A stretch of 64,000 nt of DNA, from contig CAZXFH010000009.1 of NCBI GenBank assembly GCA_964640055.1, forward strand, positions 11,220 through 75,219, read 5' to 3'. The stretch's first letter is position 1. Every line of letters starts with the position of its first letter. The position numbers and the translations under genes are program-made. Positions 8,258-17,257 of this stretch are shown piece after piece. The notes beneath the pieces were generated by a model. The model made no database searches and had not been told where the DNA came from. It saw only the letters and a list, made by a program, of their open reading frames with translations. The DNA is from an uncultured bacterium. GTDB taxonomy: Bacteria > Fidelibacterota > UBA2242 > JAFGTP01.

Positions 8258-10123
8258 TTGATAAATATATTCTCTGGGTGCCCGGATATCTCTGCGATAA
8301 TGAAGAATTACGATCAGAAAAGGTGTCATTTATTATCAAATCCTGTATATTTGGAAGTCGTGCGAATTTTAGTGATCTATATACTTTTTGTATGTCAAGG
8401 CCTGTTTGCTAGTCCGGTGATCGATAGTCTGCGCCAGGCCATAACCCATGCGAAGGGATCGAAAAAAGTGGGCTTGGGCTTTCAGCTGGCCCAGGAATAT
8501 ACCAAAAATTCCCAGCCCGAAGCGCTTTCGTGTTCCCATGCGGCCCTGAAATGGGCGCATGACCTGAATGATCAGCAATTATTAGCGACGGCTCTCCATA
8601 ATCTGGGATATGTCCATTATCGCTTTGGCCAGCTGGATTCCGCTTTTAAATATTTACAGAACGCCTTACAAATCAGGAAAGGGCTTTCGGATTCCAGTGG
8701 TATGGCTTACAGTTTGAATCGGCTGGGAAACGTGTACTGGTTTAAAAACAAACCCCTCAAAGCCAAACATTGTTTTGAGCAGGCGCTCAAGATCCGTCAG
8801 CAACTGGGCCAGGATCAAGAGATCGGTGTTACTTTAACTAATTTGGGCAATTTATACCGGCAATGGAGTGACCACCAGGCTGCCTTGGATTATTACCTGT
8901 CGGCTTTGCGACATTATGAATCTGCCAATTATATAGAAGGTCTGGGTTGGCTCTATTTTTCCACTGCTATCCTGCATAAAAAATTGAAAAATTACGCCAA
9001 GGCCTTTGAGCACATTAATCAATCTTTATCCTATTATCGGAAATTTGTCCAAACCAGTGGTGATAGTGCCGGACTCATGATCTGTTTTGCGCAGCTGGGC
9101 GATTTAAACCTCCTGGTGGGGAATTTAGATCAGGCCTTGCATTATCATTTAGCAGCACTGCGTTTACGAAAAAAATCCGGGGTTGCGCCGGCAATCGCCG
9201 ATGGGCTGAGCGGTGTAGGTCGCGTCTATTATGCCATGCAAAAATATTCCCGGGCACTGGATTATTTTAAGCAAGCCCTGGCCTTGCGGGAGCGCAGCGG
9301 AATTAATGCCGGCCTGGTCACAGATTTAAAATATAAGGGCTATATTTTTGACCGGCTCGGACAAACAGAAAAAGCCTTGAACTATCTTGAACGGGCTTTG
9401 GCCATGGCGCGTAACGCAAAAGAGCGGGACAATGAGCGGAATATATTAGCCCGTATCTCAGATATCTATGCGCAAAAAGGACAGCATGAGCAGGCACTAA
9501 ATTATTATAAACAACATACCGCCGTCAAGGATAGCATTTATAACTATAAAGTCTCCAGCCGCCTGTCTGCTCTGCAGATTCAATATGAAACCGAAAAGCA
9601 GGCCGAAGAAAACCATCGACTGGCTCAGGAAAACCGCATCAATGCTCTGCAGCTGGTCCGGCAAAGAAATTTTCGCAACTACCTCTTGGTCCTGATCGTT
9701 TTGGGTGGCATGGTGATCATCACCTTTATCTTTCTCTACCGGAGCAAATTGCGGGATAATCGCTTGCTGGGCGATAAAAACCGGCAGATTACCCAGGCAC
9801 ACCGCCAATTGGAAGAGGAGATCGCCGAGCGTAAACAGGTTGAAAGGGAGCGTGAAAATCTGATCAACAAGTTGCAAGCTTCTCTGGATAAGATCAAGAC
9901 TTTACGCGGCTTGATCCCGATTTGTGCCAGTTGTAAAAAGATCCGGGATGACAAAGGCTACTGGCAGCAGGTTGAAGAGTATATTTGCTTGCATTCTGAC
10001 GTTCAATTCAGCCACAGTATCTGTCCCGCTTGCATGCAAGCACTCTATCCGGATTATTGTGAAGAAAACAGTAAGAATAAAGAGGATAAAAGCAATAAGA
10101 ATAACCGCGATAAAACGGATTAA
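8258..10123 (+). CDS. Sensor-like protein with periplasmic TPR repeats, one TM helix, a cytoplasmic coiled coil and a C-terminal Cys-rich ICxxCKKIRDDKGYW metal-binding motif
   Basis: Signal peptide, then multiple TPR-like repeats (e.g. 'LNRLGNVYWFKNKPLKAKHCFEQALKI', 'LTNLGNLYRQWSDHQAALDYYLSAL'). TM 'NYLLVLIVLGGMVIITFIFLY', coiled coil, then 'LIPICASCKKIRDDKGYWQQVEEYICLHSDVQFSHSICPACM'. Confidence 0.6.
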   Translation: MINIFSGCPDISAIMKNYDQKRCHLLSNPVYLEVVRILVIYILFVCQGLFASPVIDSLRQAITHAKGSKKVGLGFQLAQEYTKNSQPEALSCSHAALKWAHDLNDQQLLATALHNLGYVHYRFGQLDSAFKYLQNALQIRKGLSDSSGMAYSLNRLGNVYWFKNKPLKAKHCFEQALKIRQQLGQDQEIGVTLTNLGNLYRQWSDHQAALDYYLSALRHYESANYIEGLGWLYFSTAILHKKLKNYAKAFEHINQSLSYYRKFVQTSGDSAGLMICFAQLGDLNLLVGNLDQALHYHLAALRLRKKSGVAPAIADGLSGVGRVYYAMQKYSRALDYFKQALALRERSGINAGLVTDLKYKGYIFDRLGQTEKALNYLERALAMARNAKERDNERNILARISDIYAQKGQHEQALNYYKQHTAVKDSIYNYKVSSRLSALQIQYETEKQAEENHRLAQENRINALQLVRQRNFRNYLLVLIVLGGMVIITFIFLYRSKLRDNRLLGDKNRQITQAHRQLEEEIAERKQVERERENLINKLQASLDKIKTLRGLIPICASCKKIRDDKGYWQQVEEYICLHSDVQFSHSICPACMQALYPDYCEENSKNKEDKSNKNNRDKTD

Positions 10124-10134
10124 TTACCCGCTAT

Positions 10135-11376
10135 TTACTTGCGTCCACAACACTTTTTATGCTTCTTGCCACTCCCACAGGGACAGGGATCATTGCGGCC
10201 GACTGATGGGGAGGTGGCGGATTGCGCTCCTGCATTTTTACTCTGCTCCCGACGCCATTTGACAGATAATTCCTGGAAAAAACTATGGGCATGGGCAAAA
10301 AATTGCTGGTAGGCCTGACAAAAATGATTTTCTCCCTGATCGCGTGGATCCCGCAAACGATCCTTGGGGCATCCGCCGCGACAATAGGAATACCATTGAC
10401 AGGTCTGACATTTTTGCGGCAGCTGTGCTTTGCGTCTGCCGAAGCGCTGCTGTGGATCTGAATTCAGTAAATCCAACAGACAGTCTTCCCGGATATTACC
10501 CAACCGCCAGGCGGGTTCCACAAAAAAATCACAGCTGTATACATCCCCATTGTGTTCCACAACTAAATAGGTGCCGCACTCTTGCTGCAGATTGCAGGCA
10601 GGTGGCTCCTGATCTACGTAGTGGTAGAAGAGGTCATCAAAGAAGCGGATCGATATGCGCGGTATACCCTGCACAAAATCCGCCCGCCAGCGATCAAACA
10701 GCTGGCGCAGGAATTTTCCATAATCAGCCGCAGTCACTGAGAAATGAGCGGCCTGTTTACCGGCAGGATCAGACTCTAGGAGGGGGATGAATTGTAGATG
10801 CGCAAATCCCAGGCCGGTCAGAAAGTCATAGGTTTCATCTATGTGGTGCACTGAATAGTCATTGACCGTTGCCAGGGCATTTACCGCGACCCCGGCTTCG
10901 ATCAGCAGGCGGGCCCTGTCTCTGACGATCTTCCAGGAGCCCTTTCCGGTTTTAAAATGACGATAACGATCATGAACATGTTGGGGGCCATCCAGAGATA
11001 AGCCCACCAGGAAATGGTAGTCTTTTAAAAAATGGATCCAGTCCTGATCCAACAGCAGTCCGTTGGTTTGTAATCCGTTTCCCACGGTGTGGCCCCGGCC
11101 GTATTGCCGCTGTAATTTCACGGCCTGTTTGAAAAATGATAGCCCCATGAGAGTGGGCTCACCCCCTTGCCAGCCGAAGTTAATATGCTCTTGTGAACCG
11201 GCCATGGCCCGTTTGATCAAAATTTCCAGGAGATCGCTGCTCATCCGGTACGATGTCTGGGCCTTAAACAGCTGCTTTTTAGACAGGTAAAAACAGTAGT
11301 CACAAGCCATGTTACAGTCGGGGCCGGCAGGCTTTACCAGTAGTGACTGTAGTGGGGTGTGGACTGCGGCGATCAT
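10135..11376 (-). CDS. Anaerobic sulfatase-maturating enzyme (radical SAM/SPASM) with a C-terminal SEC-C motif
   Basis: Radical SAM CxxxCxxC 'CNMACDYCFY'. Cys-rich SPASM region (CQTCQWYSYCRGGCPKDR). C-terminal 'DPCPCGSGKKHKKCCGRK' is a SEC-C motif. Adjacent to the sulfatase. Confidence 0.7.
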   Translation of the reverse strand: MIAAVHTPLQSLLVKPAGPDCNMACDYCFYLSKKQLFKAQTSYRMSSDLLEILIKRAMAGSQEHINFGWQGGEPTLMGLSFFKQAVKLQRQYGRGHTVGNGLQTNGLLLDQDWIHFLKDYHFLVGLSLDGPQHVHDRYRHFKTGKGSWKIVRDRARLLIEAGVAVNALATVNDYSVHHIDETYDFLTGLGFAHLQFIPLLESDPAGKQAAHFSVTAADYGKFLRQLFDRWRADFVQGIPRISIRFFDDLFYHYVDQEPPACNLQQECGTYLVVEHNGDVYSCDFFVEPAWRLGNIREDCLLDLLNSDPQQRFGRRKAQLPQKCQTCQWYSYCRGGCPKDRLRDPRDQGENHFCQAYQQFFAHAHSFFQELSVKWRREQSKNAGAQSATSPSVGRNDPCPCGSGKKHKKCCGRK

Positions 11377-11405
11377 AATAAAGGCCTATAATGATGTTTT
11401 GGGAC

Positions 11406-12890
11406 CTAATACTTATCGTAATCCGCTTTGGGGATCTGTCCGGCAGCGGGTTTGGATTCACCATAGTAACTTTGCAGCTGATAGAGTCGGTCCTTTAAAT
11501 CGGCAATCACGTTATGATAGGCGGAATCAGGGTAGCGGTTATGCTGCTCACCGGGATCTTCGGCCAGGTCATAAAATTCCCACGCATCAGTGTAACCGTA
11601 AAAATGAATCAATTTATAACGGTCAGTGCGGATACCGTAATGTTTATCCACCATGTGCCAGTCAGGGTATTCATAATAATGATAATACATAGCTTGGCGC
11701 CAGTTACGGGGCGTTGTACTCAGGCATAAGGATTGAAAACTGCGGCCCTGAATATCTGCGGGTACAGCAAGCCCGGCAAAAGAAAGACAGGTGGGGGCAA
11801 AATCAATATTCAGCACGATATCGTCATTGACAGATCCGGATTTAATACTGCCGGGGTGTTTGATTAAAAAGGGCATACGCAGCGCCTCTTCATACATAAC
11901 CCGTTTGTCAAACCAGCCGTGGTCGCCCAGAAAAAATCCCTGATCCGAGGTGTAAACCACGATCGTATCTTTTTCCAAACCTGATTCTGTGAGAAAATCT
12001 AACAGTCGTCCGACGTTTTCATCAACGGCCGCCACACAGGAGAGGTAGCGCCGTATAAAATGCTGATACCGCCAACTTACCAGCGCCCTGCCTTGCAGGT
12101 GTGGGGGAGCCGGACCGCCGGTATCAGCCGGTTGCATATGCCGCGCCAGGGTCATCTGGGCTTCCTTGACCGCCTGGCTCTTGGTGGCATGATCGGTATA
12201 CAAATCCTCTGGTTCGGGAATATGGCGGTCTTTGAACTGTTGATAATATTTGGGTGCCGGATCCCAACGTCGGTGCGGCGCTTTAAAATGGGTCATACAT
12301 AAAAAAGGAGTCGCCGGATCCCGCTGCTCGATCCACGCCATGGCCTGATCAGCGATAATATCCGGAGCATAGCCTTTTATTTCCTGCAATTCCGACCCGG
12401 AGCCCTTTTCCCGGAAAATAGGATCAAAGTATTTGCCCTGTCCGGGGACTACTTTATAATAATCAAATCCAGTGGGGTCACTTTTCAGATGCCATTTGCC
12501 GATCAGGGCGGTTTCGTATCCGGCTGCTTGTAGCAATTTAGGGAAAGTCTGTTGACTGCCATCGAATGCAGGACCGTTTTCTTTCTGGCCATTCCGATGA
12601 CTGTATTTGCCGGTAAGAATCGAGGCACGGCTGGGGGCGCAGATACTATTGGTGCAAAAACAATTATCAAAGCGCATTCCCTCTCGGGCGATTCGATCCA
12701 GATTAGGGGTTTGGTTAATCCGGCTGCCGTAGCAACTTAAGGCGTGGGCCGCATGATCATCGGACATTATGAAGAGGATATTCGGCCGCTTGGTGGGACT
12801 CAGACATTGTTTTAAAACAGAGGGTAAACTCAGCGAAAGACCGGCCGCCCCCAGGGTTTTTAAAAAATTACGGCGGTTGAATTCACTCAT
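11406..12890 (-). CDS. Tat-secreted sulfatase (arylsulfatase family)
   Basis: Twin-arginine signal 'RRNFLKTLGAAGLSLSL'. Sulfatase signature 'CAPSRASILTG' (C-x-P-x-R). 'SDDHAAHALSCYGS' metal-binding block. Start taken at the internal Met before the Tat motif, since the ORF-track start at 12971 is probably too long. Confidence 0.8.
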   Translation of the reverse strand: MSEFNRRNFLKTLGAAGLSLSLPSVLKQCLSPTKRPNILFIMSDDHAAHALSCYGSRINQTPNLDRIAREGMRFDNCFCTNSICAPSRASILTGKYSHRNGQKENGPAFDGSQQTFPKLLQAAGYETALIGKWHLKSDPTGFDYYKVVPGQGKYFDPIFREKGSGSELQEIKGYAPDIIADQAMAWIEQRDPATPFLCMTHFKAPHRRWDPAPKYYQQFKDRHIPEPEDLYTDHATKSQAVKEAQMTLARHMQPADTGGPAPPHLQGRALVSWRYQHFIRRYLSCVAAVDENVGRLLDFLTESGLEKDTIVVYTSDQGFFLGDHGWFDKRVMYEEALRMPFLIKHPGSIKSGSVNDDIVLNIDFAPTCLSFAGLAVPADIQGRSFQSLCLSTTPRNWRQAMYYHYYEYPDWHMVDKHYGIRTDRYKLIHFYGYTDAWEFYDLAEDPGEQHNRYPDSAYHNVIADLKDRLYQLQSYYGESKPAAGQIPKADYDKY

Positions 12891-13075
12891 CTTGCCTCCT
12901 GATTTGTTTTTTCTCTGCCAATATAAGCACATTTTAGCGAAAAAACCAACGTGGAAAAAAATCAAACTCACGGCGATTGCCTTTCTGAATAAGTGTTATC
13001 TTGTCACGGAAGGAATAGAAATCTTTTTCCTGTGATAAAAATCAGTTATGTTTATAAGGTTAAAAGGGAGTTTTT

Positions 13076-13906
13076 ATGTTGAAAGGTATCGATACCGTGA
13101 TCATTCCGGCAGCCGGGCATGGTACCCGCCTGCGGCCGATTACCCAGCATATTGCTAAAGAGGTCCTGCCTATTGCTTTGAAGCCCATGATCCAGTACAC
13201 TCTGGAAGAGGTGGAGCAGGCCGGTATTGAGCGTGCCCTGGTGGTGATCAATGATAAAAAGGAAATTCTGGAGCGCTGGTTACGTGCCTATCAAAAAGAC
13301 ACACCAGTCAATCTTGAAATTGTCTATCAGAACGAGAAGCGCGGTGTAGGTGATGCGATCCTGCGCTGTTTTCATAAGCTGGACGAGGAAGATGTTTATC
13401 TGGCGCTGCCGGATAATATCATTTATGATCCCGGCGAGCTGGTGAACCCCTTTAAATTACTGTATAAAGCCTATACCGATACGCACCAGTCTGTGACCGG
13501 TTTGATGACCATTGATACGCCGCGGGAGGCCAGTTGTTTTGGCAATGCCGGGCGCGTGGACTTGCAGCCGCATGCGGAACACAAAAATATCTACCACATT
13601 TCCAAACTGCATGCCAAGCGGGAAGGCGTTTTTGAGGCTGAGGAGGGCCGGGAAGTGTCACGTACTGTACCGCGGGCTTTGATCACGGCTGAGGCGCTGA
13701 AGCTACTGCAGGAGATGTGGAAATCCTGGCAGGGCCCGGAAGAATTCGATGATGTGCCCTGGTATCAGAAATTGGTTGCACAAAAACAATTGATGGGTAT
13801 CTATCTGGATGGCGATGTTTATGATGTGGGCAATCGGCCGGGTTTTCTCAGAGCCGACCTGACTTTAACCAAGCATATTCTGAATAAACAGTTATCAACA
13901 GCTTAA
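13076..13906 (+). CDS. galU: Sugar-1-phosphate nucleotidyltransferase, UTP-glucose-1-phosphate uridylyltransferase (GalU)-like
   Basis: N-terminal 'IIPAAGHGTRLRPITQHIAKEVLPI' matches the GalU '[24 protein letters not shown]' block. The gene symbol is tentative. Confidence 0.55.
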   Translation: MLKGIDTVIIPAAGHGTRLRPITQHIAKEVLPIALKPMIQYTLEEVEQAGIERALVVINDKKEILERWLRAYQKDTPVNLEIVYQNEKRGVGDAILRCFHKLDEEDVYLALPDNIIYDPGELVNPFKLLYKAYTDTHQSVTGLMTIDTPREASCFGNAGRVDLQPHAEHKNIYHISKLHAKREGVFEAEEGREVSRTVPRALITAEALKLLQEMWKSWQGPEEFDDVPWYQKLVAQKQLMGIYLDGDVYDVGNRPGFLRADLTLTKHILNKQLSTA

Positions 13907-13930
13907 ATTACATTCCAGAGAGGGAAAATA

Positions 13931-14686
13931 ATGCGTTTAACTATCCTGGGTTCAGGGACTGCCGTTCCGGTTGCCCGGCGGGGTAACCCCGCTTATTTAC
14001 TGGATATAGAAGGAGAGACAATGCTGCTGGATTGTGGCGCAGGTACCGCCCGCCAGATCGTGCGCGGGAAACGCTCTATCTGGGAACTGCAAAAGCTCTT
14101 TTTCACCCACCTGCATCCCGATCATACGGTGGGATTAATTCCCCTGCTGTTTGCTTATAAGAATAGTGGTGACCAGCGGATATATAACGAACTGCAAATT
14201 TACGGTCATGCTGACTTTCAGGAGTATCTGGCCGCTTGGAAGAAGCTGTATGGCGAATGGCTCTTTCATCAGGATTATCCCTGTCGGTTTCAGGCGCTGC
14301 AACCTGGGGAGTACCGTTTCGACCGCTTCAACCTTCACATTTTTCCGGCCCGCCATACCCCGCAAAGTCTGATCTATCGTTTTGAGGATCGAGCCGGACG
14401 GGTACTGGTCTATTCGGGCGATACGGGCCTGTGCGCTGAATTGTATCAGGCGGCTCAGGATGCCGATCTCTTATTGATCGAGTGCGCCCTGCCGGACAGT
14501 AACGCAGTCACCGGACATTTGACTCCCCGCAAGGTGCACCGGGTCATAGAAAAAGCCCTTCCTAAACGGGTAGTATTGACTCATATCTATCCTCATCATG
14601 ATGATAATACGCTTTTAGAAAGAGTCGGACCGGTCAAAGGTGTTCAACTGACCATTGCCCGCGATTTGGCGGTGGTGGATATTTGA
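13931..14686 (+). CDS. MBL-fold metallo-hydrolase (RNase Z/ElaC-like)
   Basis: 'FTHLHPDHTVGL' is the HxHxDH metallo-beta-lactamase motif; length is about 250 aa. Confidence 0.7.
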   Translation: MRLTILGSGTAVPVARRGNPAYLLDIEGETMLLDCGAGTARQIVRGKRSIWELQKLFFTHLHPDHTVGLIPLLFAYKNSGDQRIYNELQIYGHADFQEYLAAWKKLYGEWLFHQDYPCRFQALQPGEYRFDRFNLHIFPARHTPQSLIYRFEDRAGRVLVYSGDTGLCAELYQAAQDADLLLIECALPDSNAVTGHLTPRKVHRVIEKALPKRVVLTHIYPHHDDNTLLERVGPVKGVQLTIARDLAVVDI

Positions 14687-15037
14687 GTGTCCAACCGCCC
14701 GGAAGTTGCCCGCATAGCGGGATAAATTCCTTCTCGGGGAGGTCGATTTTTAGCCATAGCGTAAAAAGATTAAAAGGATACCGAGGCCCAGAAAAGTAAG
14801 CGTACTGATCCGGTTATCAGCAACGATTCAGAGCAGAAATGAAATGAGAATCAGGGGGATAGTATATATTATCTTACCGATGGAGCTTGGATGCCAGGTT
14901 TTCAGAATTTGCAGTACTGCGATTTATCTGAATGTAATCATTTAACAATCTCTACTAAAATCTCAAGCTCCATTTGGTACCTTCCTCGCCCGGATGAATA
15001 CCTTATGGGATAAGTTACACGGGGATATTTACGGAAA

Positions 15038-16573
15038 CTATGAAACCGCCTGCATTTTTTGCTCCAATTCAGCGATTTTCTCTTTTACCCGGTCGCTGAT
15101 AATTTGCAAACCGCGGCCGCCGGAGATAACATCCTGAGCATGGATATAGGCCTGAAAGAAAGCCACCGGTCCTTCAGTGATCAGTGCGCCCAATTTTTGT
15201 TTATCATAGTAATTGATGATTTTACGACTCATCATGAATCCCAGCTGATAGTAAGGCCCATTGGATTCTAGGCCCATGTTCAACATTTGTTCCAGGAGGT
15301 CATCACGGTGGGTTTCGTAAATAGCGACATAGCTCTGATCCAGGAGATCCCTGGAAAATTTAACGCCTTCAATCAAAGTCGGAGTGGAATAATGCGTGCT
15401 GATAAAACTGGCGCTCCCCTCCAGCATGATGTAGGCCAGGGTTTTATAAAATTTTTGGTCGGCTTCCTGTTTGAAATCCCAATAGGTCAGATCTTCAAAT
15501 TCACGGGGAGACTTGTCCTGACGGGCGGGGGTGATCCGGCCGAGCTGCAACTGAAAGCGATGAAAGGTTTCATGGGTAACCGTTTCAATCAAGGTCTGAT
15601 AGTCATCTTTGATTTGCACCAGATTAGATCCCAGGCCTTCATGGGTGGCCCAGCTGCGTACCCCAAAATTGATACCGAAGCCCAGTTGTTCCCGAAATTC
15701 TAGCTGTTTATCCGGCAGATAGGGCATGATTTTACCCAGTACAATGGCTTCCAGCATGGCCCGGTTTTGTTCAAGGGTGTCGATCAGGTTCCGAAACTTG
15801 TCTTGCTGGATGTAGAGATCGGCAAAACCGAAATAATTCCAGGGATTAAGCCATTTCCAGATCATGGGGAGCGGATCACGGCTGGCACTGTAGTAAATAA
15901 AGTGGGCCAGGTCTTCTTCATGAGGCAAAGGCTCGGGGATATAGCCCAATTGACGGCGATGCTTAAGCATTGCGGTAAAAACCGGATGGGCGGCCAGTTC
16001 CTTGGCCTGTTCCATACCGGGATCAGGGCTATGATAGTAATCAAGCACCTTGCCCACAGCAGCGGTCTTGATTTCCAGCGACATTAACTCCTTAGGAAAA
16101 GGGTGGGGATCTTTGCGGGGGAATTTTCTCTGTTTGAATTGAAGCGGATATTGCAGATTGGGTTTTTCAATGATCTTGAGATTAGCCGCCCGAATCCGGG
16201 ACAGATAACGGGCGCATTTAAGGCGAGCGCTCAGCCCCTCTGGTAGAGGTATTTTTTTGGGGTTTTTAAAGCGATCGGGAATGAAGCCGTAAAAACTACC
16301 ACCCCATTTATTTTGCTGTTTTTCTATTTCTGCTAATTTATGAATGTCCCGGGGCGCGTTCAGGCGGTCCAATTGTTTCAGGATAAAGCGCGCCTCATTC
16401 AGGGAGAGAATTTTTTTCAGACTTTGTACTGTGGCGCGGGCCGTACTGTCGGGTGCTTTGCTTTCCAGTTCCGCCCAGTCCCATTTTTTTTGGTAATTAA
16501 ATTCCTGGCCCCGGTCGCAAGAGAACAGGACCAGCAGAAACAATGCAGGAACCATCAATAATTTGCGTTGCAT
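15038..16573 (-). CDS. Secreted protein or lipoprotein with an HExxH motif, function unknown
   Basis: Signal/lipobox 'LFLLVLFSCD'. 'THETFHRFQ' contains HExxH. I recognise no other family features. Confidence 0.35.
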   Translation of the reverse strand: MQRKLLMVPALFLLVLFSCDRGQEFNYQKKWDWAELESKAPDSTARATVQSLKKILSLNEARFILKQLDRLNAPRDIHKLAEIEKQQNKWGGSFYGFIPDRFKNPKKIPLPEGLSARLKCARYLSRIRAANLKIIEKPNLQYPLQFKQRKFPRKDPHPFPKELMSLEIKTAAVGKVLDYYHSPDPGMEQAKELAAHPVFTAMLKHRRQLGYIPEPLPHEEDLAHFIYYSASRDPLPMIWKWLNPWNYFGFADLYIQQDKFRNLIDTLEQNRAMLEAIVLGKIMPYLPDKQLEFREQLGFGINFGVRSWATHEGLGSNLVQIKDDYQTLIETVTHETFHRFQLQLGRITPARQDKSPREFEDLTYWDFKQEADQKFYKTLAYIMLEGSASFISTHYSTPTLIEGVKFSRDLLDQSYVAIYETHRDDLLEQMLNMGLESNGPYYQLGFMMSRKIINYYDKQKLGALITEGPVAFFQAYIHAQDVISGGRGLQIISDRVKEKIAELEQKMQAVS

Positions 16574-16683
16574 AGCGCTTCCTTTTGCAGTTTAATAGGT
16601 TAAAATCCTTTGCTTAGGCCATATGACAAGTATGTCCGGGGCCAACTTGATTGTCCCTAGAAAATGATCATCCGGTCAGGTGA

Positions 16684-17169
16684 TTAATACTCCTCAATAT
16701 GATAGAACATTCCGTCTTCTACCCATTGTTCCGGGCGTAACAGCAACTCCTCGAAATTATCCATCAAATGATAATGACGCCGTTCTTCATCGGCAATTTG
16801 TAAAAGGATTCGTTTCTGGTCTGCATCATCCACCTCGGCGGCTTTCTGCTTGTAGAAATCGCGAGTTTTTTTCTCAATTTCTCGGGCTTTACGGTAGAGC
16901 TCTTTTTGTTCGCCGGTAAAATCAAAGGAAGCCCCGCTGGCTTTCATTTTTTCAAAGATCGTGACCGAATTCTTCAGAATTTCTGTTTCTGCCATTCCCG
17001 GTTTTTCCGCGGCTTTCATTTTTTTAAAGGTGTTGTGGTGTTTGACCTCGTCATCGGCCAGTAATGACAGGATGTTACGCATCCCTTCGTTGGGCGCTTT
17101 TTCTGCCAACTCACGGTAGAGCGCCTCACCCTCTTTTTCCATTTTCAAAGCATAATCAAATATATTCAT
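16684..17169 (-). CDS. Ferritin-like / rubrerythrin-family four-helix-bundle protein
   Basis: Two E…H-containing helix pairs ('ADDEVKHHNTF', 'ADEERRHYHLM') typical of a di-iron ferritin-like fold. Confidence 0.45.
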   Translation of the reverse strand: MNIFDYALKMEKEGEALYRELAEKAPNEGMRNILSLLADDEVKHHNTFKKMKAAEKPGMAETEILKNSVTIFEKMKASGASFDFTGEQKELYRKAREIEKKTRDFYKQKAAEVDDADQKRILLQIADEERRHYHLMDNFEELLLRPEQWVEDGMFYHIEEY

Positions 17170-17257
17170 CGTTTCCTCCTGGGTTTATTATTGTTTTATC
17201 GGTTAAAGCGAGCACCTACAAATCGGCACTTATAATAATTTTTTCAAAAAAATATTT

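Noticed and set aside
9924-10262. 112-aa plus-strand ORF spanning the convergent ends of the TPR-sensor and anSME genes
   Set aside because: It overlaps the 3' ends of two well-supported genes on both strands and has a basic, low-complexity sequence. Probably not expressed.
12891-12971. Extended N-terminus (27 aa) of the sulfatase ORF before the twin-arginine motif
   Set aside because: A Tat signal must be N-terminal. The internal Met directly precedes 'SEFNRRNFLK', so the longer start is unlikely.
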